From NCBI RefSeq assembly GCF_011386835.1, contig NC_088791.1, forward strand, positions 19,592,001-19,656,000: a DNA stretch of 64,000 bases, written 5' to 3'. Below, piece after piece: positions 1 to 10,025 of the stretch (its first letter is position 1; each line of letters starts with the position of its first letter). This stretch comes from Chrysemys picta bellii (taxonomy: Eukaryota). The position numbers and the translations under genes are program-made. The notes below the pieces were generated by a model. The model worked only from the letters and a program-made list of their open reading frames with translations. It had not been told where the DNA came from and made no database searches.

Positions 1-2246
1 GCTAGTGATAACGCAAATCACAGAAAAAATATACAAAGGAGGGAAAAATAAACTCCATCAATGGGGAGCTTTTTGAACATCTGGAACCAGAGAGAAATTG
101 GCCTGGTACTACTCTCACTTATGCTTATCCAAACTTCAGTGAAGAAAATGAAAATTTTTTCATTGGGTTCAATGAGCTTTGCCTTGGACCCTAAATAGAT
201 AACTACACCATTGTAATCAGTTACTGAGGTCCCAAAACAGAGAAGGAGCATTACATTTTGATAGTTCAGAGGAATGGGGATAAAGAGAAATTTCCCTGGC
301 TGATGCCTTGAAAATGTACTGTTTAGCTATGGCTTGGTTTGTTTATAGCTATTGTTCTATCTGAATTTTTTCTGCTGTCACTATAGATCCTTTTGAATTT
401 TGAAAAGGTTTTGAAATCGAAAGGGTTTTGACTAGCCTTTGAATGGCTTTTTAGATTTGTCACACACTGTAGTTCTCTTTGTTACATAATATCAAAGCAA
501 ATTATTCTGTCAGAAATTCCCTGTATTAAAATAACATCATTTTCTTCACAAATGAATCTGACTACAGCCAACCTTCAGGGAATAACCTTGTAATGGATTT
601 CATTTGTGAAAACACATCAGACAACGGAACATGGGAGATCATGCTTAGACAACCAGGAGATAAAGACCTTATGCAAATGCTGGCAAAATGCCACTAGGGA
701 TAACTTACAGCAAAAGAAAATATATTTTAAAGGAGACTTTTACAATATCCAATTGACATATCTCCTTGTCTTTCTTTGCTTGTACCACACTCGGATTTCC
801 AGAGATGCCAAGTGAATAACTATCACAGGGCAGTAATGCAAGAGCAACTGTATTTTCCAGTTGCATTTTAAGTTTTAACTACAGCGGTACATCAAATTGT
901 AGGTTGACACTAAATGATAGGACACTGGGTACATGATGATGCAGAGTGCGGTTCTGCCTTTCACTGATGTAACACCTCAAGAATCTAGCGTAAAACTTTC
1001 AAAACCTCCTAAAGTAATTTAAGCGTAGTCAAAAGTGACTTAAGGACAGTGGGAGTCAGGTGATTAAATATCTTAAAATTTGGGCCGTAGGTACTTGGAA
1101 TCCTAAGATGCATTAGCTTTCAGTAAAACTTAGGCTCCTAACTGCCTAAAAGCCAGATTTTAGACGTATTTAGGTACCTAAAAATGCAGCTACACCTAAC
1201 TCCTATTGAGTTCAATGGGAGTTAGCACCTAGGTGCTTTTGAGATCCTGTTTCTTTAGGCATAAATATCTTTAAAATTTGTTCCTAAATCACTTTGAAAA
1301 ATGGGATTTAGGCCACTAAACCAGATAGGTGCTTTTGAAAAAATTACCCTTAGTCAAAAGCCACTTTTCCCCTAACTCTTTTCTCTCTTAGGAGGCTTGT
1401 GCGGTTTTATATGCAGATAAAACTCCCTTTACTTGCAGAGAATAGTTACTAGCTGTGTTTCCCACAAGCCAAACTTCAAGCTAATTTGTCTCTTTGACTG
1501 GGCTGGACGGTACAGATTGAATTTAGATATGAAGGTAGGATCCACTTAAAGGGCAAACGTCTCCGACCTGGTTTCCACAGCTGGTCTCTGCTCTGATAAT
1601 GTGGTTCCTCTGCTGTACATGTGTAGAACTATCACTGATATCAATGCAAGTTCAATTCATGTATACAGAGCACTGTCTCAGACTGCAGATCCGGTATTGA
1701 TCTGCCAGAAGAACTTTGTTCCTTGTAGCTGGCTAGTTATCAAAAGAGGGGTCTTGATAATCATTTGCCAGAAATTCTCTACTTTATCTGCAAAATATGT
1801 CTGACTGTTACCTGAATGCTTGTAACGCACGCAAACCATGAAGGAGGGGAAGGCTCAGTCCTTGGCATAGTATTTACTGTACATATGAACATTTTAAATG
1901 TTGCCAACAGCAAGTCCTAACCGCTGAGTCTTTATTTGGCATCAAAGAATTTGGGCTACCTGTCAAATTGCACATTTGGTATTTAAAAAATGTGTGTCAG
2001 GAGAGGTGTTCTATTCTGTTTGTTTACCTCAGCTGCAGAGGATGATAGCAAATGATCGCATCGCAAGCCTTTATTTTGCCCTGGCGCACTAAACATAGAC
2101 TCCTTTATCAGCCGTCCCTTCTCACAAAGAAGAGCTTCATGTGTTGTGGCTCCATCTGGCAGGAAGCACAGGGATTATTTTTTATCATTTTTATCACATG
2201 TAGTATAGTAAGCAGCAATATTCACTTGAAAGACCCTCATCAGTCA

Positions 2247-2460
2247 GAATGCTGTGCCCACTTCTGGTGTCCATGCTATAAAAAAGGATGCTGAAAAACT
2301 GGAGAAGGGTCATAGAAGAGCAACAGGAATGATTTGGGGTCTGGAAAACCTGATTTATGATGAGAGACACAAGGATCTCAACCTGTTTAGATTATACAAG
2401 AGAAAGTTAAAAAGTGGCTTGATCGCAGTCTGCAAATACCTACACAGGAAAAATAGCAGA
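2247..2460 (+). mobile_element. CR1 LINE fragment (C-terminal ORF2)
   Basis: ORF 2254..2595 gives KKDAEKLEKGHRRATGMIWGLENLIYDERHKDLNLFRL, typical of the CR1 ORF2 C-terminus. Boundaries approximate. Confidence 0.8.
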
Positions 2461-3052
2461 AGAGAGCTGTATAATAGACAAAGGCATAACAAGGGGAGTA
2501 TAATTAAGCGCAGACAGTTATGGAAAGAAGCATGTCTTGTATTTCTTTGTATCCTGTCAATCCAGAGGTTTAAGAAGCTGGGGACTTTCCATTGATAGCC
2601 ACCAGAGGGCATTGTAGGCTAACTGTTGAAAAACACACACCAAAGGCAGTAAAAGGGGAGATAATATAATAGGTCTTTCCTTTCTCGCTCTATTCCATAC
2701 CCAATTCACTTGTCTGGCTCCTTGTTAAACAAGCTGAAGTAATGGGCCTTCCATAATTGAGTGCATCTCCCTGTCAGGAAGTTCTGCACTGGTGACCAGA
2801 AAACTTGCAACACCATTGAGCTATTCCAATTCTAGGCCAAATTACTTTCCCTCTGGATGAACTCTTGGGTTTATCACTGTCAATCATGCTTTATAAAGTT
2901 TCAACATACACACAATAGCCAAGGTTTAAAAACAATGATTGACTAAAATTACACTCCTAATTCCATATTTAGGCACCTAAACAAGTGGCTTGTTTTTCAA
3001 ATACTTACAAAAGCCATGTTGACTCATTCCCAAAAAATTGTGTTCATCTATG

Positions 3053-3643
3053 TGTCTGATAATGCTGTTCTTTACTAGGGTTTCAACCAGTTTGCCTGGC
3101 ACTGAGAGCCCCAGGAATGTACATAGCTGGTCCAGGGTCAACAACGAGTCCTGGAGGCGACGGACAGTGGCCTGAGTAAACTGTCAGGGCCTGTAATGTG
3201 GGTTGTCTGCACTACCGATTGGAGCCTGGAGCCTGAAGTAGAGTCGGTGTCATGGTTCGGAGTCACACCAAGGATCACAGCTGGAGTGAGAGGCCGAAGC
3301 CACACCAAAGGTTCAACCAGAGTCAAGCTGGAGTCAATAACTGGAGTTAGCACAAGGAAGCAGGACCAAGAACAAGGAACGAGGTGAGGTGACAAGAACA
3401 AGGAGGAGGAACCAGGCAAGGAGCAGCAACTTAGTCTCAGGGGTCTGGTCAGCAGCAGGCCTAGTGTTGCTCAGATAAGGGTCTGGCAGGAACAGGACAC
3501 TTTATGCTAAGAGGTGTCCAATCCGCAGTCTGTGTCAGCTGATCTCACTGAGACAGTGGGTGTAGCCTCTGTTTGTGGGGTGGCAGCTGCAATTTCCTTG
3601 TCCAGCCTTGCAGCACACTGGCACAGACCCACAGCTCCTGACA
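3053..3643. mobile_element. Solo LTR (Gypsy-like), 591 bp
   Basis: Starts TGTC, ends GACA, flanked by a perfect 5-bp TSD CTATG (3048-3052, 3644-3648). No internal coding sequence. Confidence 0.65.
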
Positions 3644-3759
3644 CTATGTAGGGCTCCCACAGTTCTTGATTTGAGGTCTCTACAGATTGTAAACTGGTTG
3701 GCTGGTGTACTACTTGCAGGGCCTTCCAACTGCTGTTACTGAGTGTGATGCTTAAATGT

Positions 3760-3920
3760 GATTCATTACCAAGGCTTATGGTGGATTCTCCATCCCTGAC
3801 AATTTTAAAATCAAGAATGGGTGATTTTCTAAAAGATCTGCTCTAGGTATTATTTTGGGGAAGTTCTATGGCCTGCATTAGACAGGAGGTCAGACTAGAT
3901 GATCCCAGTGATCTATGAAT
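3760..3920 (+). mobile_element. CR1 3'-end fragment
   Basis: ...ggtcagactagatgatc...atctatgaat is a typical reptile CR1 3'UTR and tail. Confidence 0.7.
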
Positions 3921-4744
3921 TTAGAGGAGATAACCTTTTCAGTTTCTGCTCTGCAGCAAGCTAGGATATATTAATTGGGAACTTACACTGCATGTAGGTA
4001 CTTGATGGGGAGTTCAGTGAATATAACAAGGAAGGAAACAGCAAAGTGTGTTTCAATCTTCATAAAGGAAACATGTCCAAAGAGCTCAAACACATGTTCT
4101 TCAGAGAGAGGTGCCCTGGAATTACATCACGCTTTGGCAATAAATCTCCAGGATAATCTTGGAAACAGGACATTTAATCTCCATGGAAACAGTTACATCT
4201 TTTAAAGAATATTAATAATAAGCATTAGATCCAAACCCTTCCCCCTTCTTGATGGGAATGGAAGGCATCCCGAAGTACTGCATAGGATGAGGCCGGGAAA
4301 CTATGTAGAGAGGCTGGATTTCTCCATGGGTTACAGAACACAACTCCATGGTGGTACCCAGGGGTGTGGTGCACAGTTGCTCTGCGTGAGGAAGGCAGGC
4401 AGGAGACAGGGCAGATACGTTGATCCTCCACCCCGCAGTGGAATGGCACAAGCACTGAAGAGGTCACTGCAGCCCTTAGATTGGAGAAGTGGCTGCAAAG
4501 TGGATACACTGTAGCTCTGCTGTCTTCTCCTCTCCCATTGTGCCTGTAGAGATTCACAGCCCGTAGCTGAGTTATTTGATGTAGGAAGGCAGGTAGGAGG
4601 TGGGCATTGGGGCTTATATGGGGTTTCAGCTTCAAAAGGCTTTACTGACATTAAAACATCTTCAGCATCCCTGTGAAGTGGGTGACTGATACTCCTTCCT
4701 ACTTTACAGATGGGAAAACAGAAGCTGTGTGCTTTAGACAGGAA

Positions 4745-4872
4745 GGTGTGGACTCAGGAGGTCTGGGTTCAGTTCCTGATTCTGCTACAGACTCTCTATT
4801 TGATCTTGGGCAAGTTTCTTACCTTCTCTGTAACTGAGTTGCCTATCTGTAAAATGGGGCTAATGACACTTC
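4745..4872 (+). mobile_element. CORE-type (MIR-like) SINE fragment
   Basis: ctgggttcagttcctg...ttgggcaagtttctt...ctgagttgcctatctgtaaaatgggg matches the SINE core. Confidence 0.65.
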
Positions 4873-4903
4873 CTTTCCCTCATCTTTTGTCTTGTCTACT
4901 TAG

Positions 4904-5309
4904 GGCTTGTTTACACTTAAAATGCTACAGCCTCATAGTTGCACCTGCACCCAGGGCTTTGGAGCTGTGCTTTGGCTCCACTCCAGCTCCAGGCAAAAAC
5001 CTGCAGCTCCACTGCTCTGGAGCTGCTCCGCGCTCCAGCTCCGGGCTCCGCTCCAAAGCCCTGCCTGCACCACTGTTGTGCTTCAGTTTAGACACTATCT
5101 TCGCCAATGGAAGGGGCTCCTCCTGTCAGCATAGGTAATCCACATCCCCGAGAGGCGGTAGCAAGGTTGACGGAAGAATTCTTCCATCAATTTAGCACTC
5201 TCTGCATGGGGATTTAGGTCAGCTTAACTACGTCACTCTTGGGTATGGATTTTTCACACCTCTGACCGATGCAGTTAAACTGACCGAATTGTCTAGTGTA
5301 GACCAGGCT
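4904..5309. mobile_element. Non-autonomous PIF/Harbinger-type element hosting a nested hAT MITE
   Basis: Imperfect TIRs GGCTTGTTTACACT / AGTGTAGACCAGGC, the same end type as 18509..18799. Confidence 0.7.
4952..5063. mobile_element. hAT MITE, 112 bp
   Basis: Perfect 14-bp TIRs CAGGGCTTTGGAGC and a perfect 8-bp TSD CCTGCACC (4944-4951, 5064-5071). Confidence 0.9.
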
Positions 5310-5660
5310 TCGTACTGTAAGCTCTTCAGAATAGTTTAGGTCTCTTACTATGTTTGTGCAGTGTTTAGTACAATGGGAACATGATCCTGGTTAGTACCTG
5401 TAAGCCCTACTGCAAAACTTCTCTAGGCCAGCAGAGGGAGTCAGAGTGAGGCTGAGAGTTCTTGGTTCAGCATTACCAGACCTCTATGCAGAATCAATAT
5501 ACACCTTAAAAGCAAACAATGGTTCTAGCCTGGAAAACAGAGTTAATATAAAATGATAGCATTCTGCTGGCAATAATTCACTCCATACTTCCATGAAGTT
5601 TACAAGGAACTTATCATGTAAACAGTAAAGACATCCAATGTCAACTCTTTTGAAGAAATG

Positions 5661-5666
5661 TTTATT
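5661..5666 (-). terminator. Candidate polyadenylation signal of SEMA3A
   Basis: AATAAA on the minus strand, followed ~20-40 nt later by a G/U-rich tract (TGGATGTCTTTACTGTTT). Other AATAAA hexamers (6334, 6439, 9420) exist, so this site is not unique. Confidence 0.4.
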
Positions 5667-8435
5667 TAACAACTGAATACATGCTAAAAGAAATAATTTA
5701 CAGCAGCAGTTTCATTACATTTTTCTCTCCAGTTTTCTAGTTCCCGTCTGAATTGCAGTGATAAATACGGAAGTAGAATTATTTACTACCCAGTGAGGAA
5801 TGTGCTTACAAAGTGGCACATAACTTTGGCACCGAAATAGCAAATAAACCACGCTATAAACTGTGCGACAAAACCTTGCAATTTAGTCTTGTGTTGAACA
5901 CATTGAAATGGAGTACCTCTAGATAGCAGTACTTTATACTGTACCTCCTTACCCTAGTCAAAAATATTTACATCTCTTTTGGCTAATGTGTAGGTAGCAA
6001 AAACTGAACTATTAAACACATACCATTGATATTCACTAAATAATACATAAAAAAGGATCCGTAAATGCGCATTCACATGCATTTTAATTTTTTTTTTACA
6101 CAGTGACTTCATTTGGGCCATCAAAGGTTAACTCTGTTCTGCAAATATGCAGTTTCTTAGCTTGATACTGTAGTTTAACATAACCATACAGTCATTATGA
6201 GCTATTGAACTCCCATCTGCAGCGGTCCATGCAAATGCCAAGGGTAGTTTAGTAAGACGATATAAAAAAAATTCTTGCAAATTTCTATCTTTAAACACAT
6301 TTCAATAGTGTTTCCTGGTTATAAACAAAATCCTTTATTTCTCTCCACCTTAAATATAACCTTCTACTTGGTTCACCTAAAGCTTGGAACTGGAGGTTTA
6401 GTGATGTTTTTGTTGGTGATTTAAAGTGATGGTTTCCTTTTATTTGCAACATTGTGACATATAAAGAAAAAATACAAACAGGATGTGTGTAGGTCAAAAT
6501 TGTAGGTCATCCTTCTATGAACAAATTTGTCACAGCCGATGGTCTTTGAAATCAGTTCATTTAAAATAATATCAGATGCTGTTGTAACTCACGCAAATTC
6601 CTGTTTGAGTGCACTCTGGTTAACATCAACCTGAAAATCAACTGTTTCATCTTTGGGTCTGATCCTTTCAGCCTTTCCTTATGTGAGTAGATGCACAGAC
6701 TTCAGCGGACTGATTATGTCAAGGAGTGTACGTGTACGTTGAAATCTGCAGGGGCTGACCCTTTTATTTGTATAGTTAAACATTTATCATATGGCAAAAC
6801 CGCCTGGCTGCTGTAATTTTGCTCTTACAGAATGAATTATGTTTTACAGAGAGGTTTTTTTTTCTGTGAAGGAATGCCAGTTTTCAAATGTAATCTCTAA
6901 TTAATCTTCTTTTCAATAGGCTGTTATAAAAAGGAACACAGTTGAGGGGAAAATAATAAGTGACAGTAACCATGAAACATACAAAGCAGCAGATTGGATC
7001 ATTTGGGGCCCATTGAAGTCAGAGCCTTTCCTTTGATTTCAGTGGGCTTTGGAAGTCCTCTTTGCTAAAGGGGAAAACATTTAAAATGATTTTAATGACT
7101 TGGTGATACAAAGTAGCCTTAATAGGCCGAACAATGATCTATAAGTACAACAAAATACTTCAGCTGATAAGCTGCGATGAATTTTAAACACTTAGCTGAG
7201 AAATTAATGCTCATGTAGGATCCTGATACAAGAGAGCTTGTAAGCACATGCTTAAACATGTGCTTAAGTTCATCATATTCAGCACAGCATTTGCACATGT
7301 TGCTTAATTTTAAGCATGCTTAAGTCCAATAGAAGTCAAGTTAAGCATATACTTCAGTGCTATGCTGAAAAGAGAAGGACTTACGTGCATGCTTTCAAGT
7401 TAAACACATCATTTCTTTGCTGAATCTGGGACTTATAGAACCTGATCCTGCATCATTTAATGGAGTTTTGCCACTAAGTTAAATGGTAGCAAATTTGGAT
7501 GCTTTAGTGCATTTAGATCCCATGAGCCCTCCATGTTCACAACATCTCTGAAACTGATTCAAGTTCCACACAGAGGGCTTGTAGGATTGGGCCCTTAATG
7601 AAAACCTCATTGCTACAGATGTTAGAAACGATACTTCACTAATTAGGAAGAAGAGTTGTGTTTTTTTGTTTTGTTTTGTTTTTTTATTGAGTGGTAAAGA
7701 GACTTGGATCACGTTGTGAGAGAGGCTGTGCGACAGCAGGTTGTGTTGCACTGTATGCATGAATGCAGATAATATTGTGAATAATAAATGCAGCAAGTTG
7801 CAGTGAATAACAGTAAAGAGGCTGGTTATTAACCTCAGAACAAGGGGCACCCTTTTATAAAGCTGTTATAGCAAACCAAGGATATCACATGGGCTCTAGT
7901 AATCTCCTCCTCACCGACATGAATCGAAGTTATGCATATGCCACCAGGCGTTTGCAGACCATAGTGAGATGAGATATGGGAGAGAGGACAGCTAATGATG
8001 GACTTCAGCAAAACTGGGACATATCTATACTGGGATGGACCAAAACCATTATTCATAGATCCTTAAAATGGAGATTCTTATAGTACAATTACACTATACC
8101 TGACTTTATCCTGCAGCCCTGTTGAATATATAGTGATCCAAGTTTTCCACTGCTGTAACCTCATATACTTCAATATGCCAATTTATAACAGCAGGGGACT
8201 CAACCCACACGTGAAATGGACCCCTAGGGCCCCATGCAGAGAGGCCGCATAAGGGCCTAGGAATCAATTTTGGACAATATCCTACCACTGAGTTGTGAGT
8301 GAAACTCCTTTTGAACTGAACAATTTTGCTCATGGATTAATGGCTGTGTATGAGCTACAGTATTTAGATGATTTTCTCGTCATTGGTTCAATCTATTCGT
8401 ATCAAGATATTATACAAGCTGAATTTTTTCATATA

Positions 8436-8609
8436 CACCGGACCCTTGCTAGAACACGCGTCTATATAGTGCGATTTCGCATATAACGCGGTCGCGGCCA
8501 TGGATCCCAAATTTAATTACTTTAATTGCAATTAATTTTAACGCGGTCCCTGCGTTAACGCAGTACCACGCATGGATCCCAAATCCCACGTTCTAGTGAG
8601 GGTCCGGTG
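8436..8609. mobile_element. Tc1/mariner-pogo (Tigger-like) MITE, 174 bp, in the probable 3'UTR
   Basis: 20-bp TIRs CACCGGACCCT(TG/CA)CTAGAAC (18/20 match) with TA duplication (8434-8435, 8610-8611). Confidence 0.85.
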
Positions 8610-9460
8610 TACTATATTTGGGGGAGGGGGAGAATCCCAAAACTTCCATGCTATACAGAGACGTTCATGTTAAATAGCGTAGAAGTTACTTGTCATATAG
8701 AATGTCAGGGTAGAGGCAAGGGGGTTAGCTGCAGTGTTACTGCCATGAAAGAATTTCCAAACAAAAGAATAAAGCAGCTTGTCATTGGCTGTTCCCCCCC
8801 CACACACACACACACTTTAAACCAATAATTAGAAAGTACAATATTTCTAAGACAAAAAGCCTATTCTATTTTAGAAAAGAGCTAACGTTTACTGCATATT
8901 CGTCATGGTACATTTAAATTATAGTTTTAATAAAATACATCTTTAAATCAAAGATGAAAGAAGTCATCAGTAGTAGGCCAGTGTACTCCACTCTTTTTTT
9001 CCCTCTGGATGCTGGCTGGTTCATGCTGTTCAGATTTCCACAGGCCATCTCATTCAGTATTGTTTTTACCTTTCCAGTACATATAAGCAAGAGACCTGGT
9101 AGGCCATAAAATAAAAAAGCCTTGCGTCCATCTAAATGTTGGGATGTTGATCAGCTTAGCTAGTTCATGAAGTTTTTTCAGTTAAGTTCAGGAAAGGTAG
9201 CGCAGCTGATGAAAGGTGGGTTCTGTTTTACTTTCTTTTTAAATGGCAGCATAAAACATGACACTTTTCTATCTTGAGCAAAGGAGAAAGCAAAACCTTT
9301 CTGATGAACTCTTTGCAGAACTCATTGAGCAATAAGCTAGGTCCAGGGTGAGTTTTCATCCTTGAAACTCTGTCTGGGGATTGGTGGGGGAAGGTCTGCT
9401 AGGAAACTTAGAAATTGATTTTATTTAAACCTGGTGGAAATTGTTTGAACTTCCCACCCT

Positions 9461-9471
9461 TGTAAACATCC
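9461..9471 (-). promoter_or_regulatory. miR-30 family target site (8mer extended to 11 nt) in proximal 3'UTR
   Basis: mRNA sense reads GGATGTTTACA, complementary to miR-30-5p nt 1-11 (UGUAAACAUCC). Confidence 0.75.
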
Positions 9472-9510
9472 ACATAATGCCATGAAAAAGTTCATGTATA
9501 TTGCATTTTT

Positions 9511-9518
9511 TTCCAGTT
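9511..9518 (-). promoter_or_regulatory. miR-145-5p 8mer seed site in proximal 3'UTR
   Basis: mRNA sense reads AACTGGAA, the 8mer match to seed UCCAGUU. Confidence 0.6.
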
Positions 9519-9569
9519 ATCTGTCTATACAAGTTTTTACTTGGATGAGGTTCCTAGAGGTAATGCAGC

Positions 9570-10025
9570 TCAGACACTCCGTGGTGCCCTCTCAAATTCG
9601 TGGGTCCTCCTGTTCCTACCTTTCTTATTTTCTTGTAGGTGCTTCCACTTATTAGTATTCACCTGGGCGTTGGCGGGTCTTTGCCGACGTTGTTTGCGGT
9701 CCCTTTTCCAAACCTGTTCGCAGAACTCATCCATTGTATTGAGGTTGGGGTGGTTTATTAACTGCATGAAGTCTCTATACCAGACTTTCTGACTAGGGGT
9801 CATGCTGTTGGAAATCTCTTTGGCCTTGGAGCCATCACCATCGTCTTCCTTATGAAGCAGCTCTTCCAGGTGTTCAGTATCAATTACTTCCAGAGTCACT
9901 TTGAGCAGAGTTTGCATGAAACCATGCTCCACGGCATGACAAAAGTAAATGCCGGAGTCTTTCCGCTGAAGGGTCCGTAGCAGAAGGCCTTGCTCTGTCC
10001 TGATGAAATGATCATCCACTTTTAT
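9570..10025 (-). CDS. SEMA3A: Semaphorin-3A terminal coding exon 17 (rest of Ig domain and basic tail, to stop codon)
   Basis: 456 nt, cacag|ATA AAA GTG GAT... to TGA. IKVDDHFIRTEQGLL...DEFCEQVWKRDRKQRRQRPANAQVNTNKWKHLQENKKGRNRRTHEFERAPRSV. The RAPRSV end distinguishes SEMA3A from other class-3 semaphorins. Confidence 0.99.
   Translation of the reverse strand: MKVDDHFIRTEQGLLLRTLQRKDSGIYFCHAVEHGFMQTLLKVTLEVIDTEHLEELLHKEDDGDGSKAKEISNSMTPSQKVWYRDFMQLINHPNLNTMDEFCEQVWKRDRKQRRQRPANAQVNTNKWKHLQENKKGRNRRTHEFERAPRSV

Larger units (their letters stand above)
5640..9569 (-). other. SEMA3A: Probable SEMA3A 3'UTR (proximal part firm, distal limit tentative)
   Basis: The first ~130 nt after the stop (GCTGCATTACCTCTAG...GGCATTATGTGGATGTTTACA) closely resemble the mammalian SEMA3A 3'UTR as I recall it. 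The distal end is inferred from AATAAA at 5661-5666 and a Pumilio element TGTAAATA at 5965-5972. Confidence 0.55.

Noticed and set aside
1-830. Purine-rich, coding-looking stretches (e.g. ELFEHLEPERNWPGTTLTYAYPNF and MLRQPGDKDLMQMLAK) as a possible pseudogene or viral fragment
   Set aside because: The frames are interrupted by stops and I recognise no family motif. A tBLASTx search would be needed.
4212-4651. Overlapping ORFs in a moderately GC-rich block, with similar-looking blocks near 10200-10500, 40380-40680 and 42000-42200
   Set aside because: Probably an old interspersed repeat, but I could not define ends, TIRs or a family, and the peptides match nothing I know.
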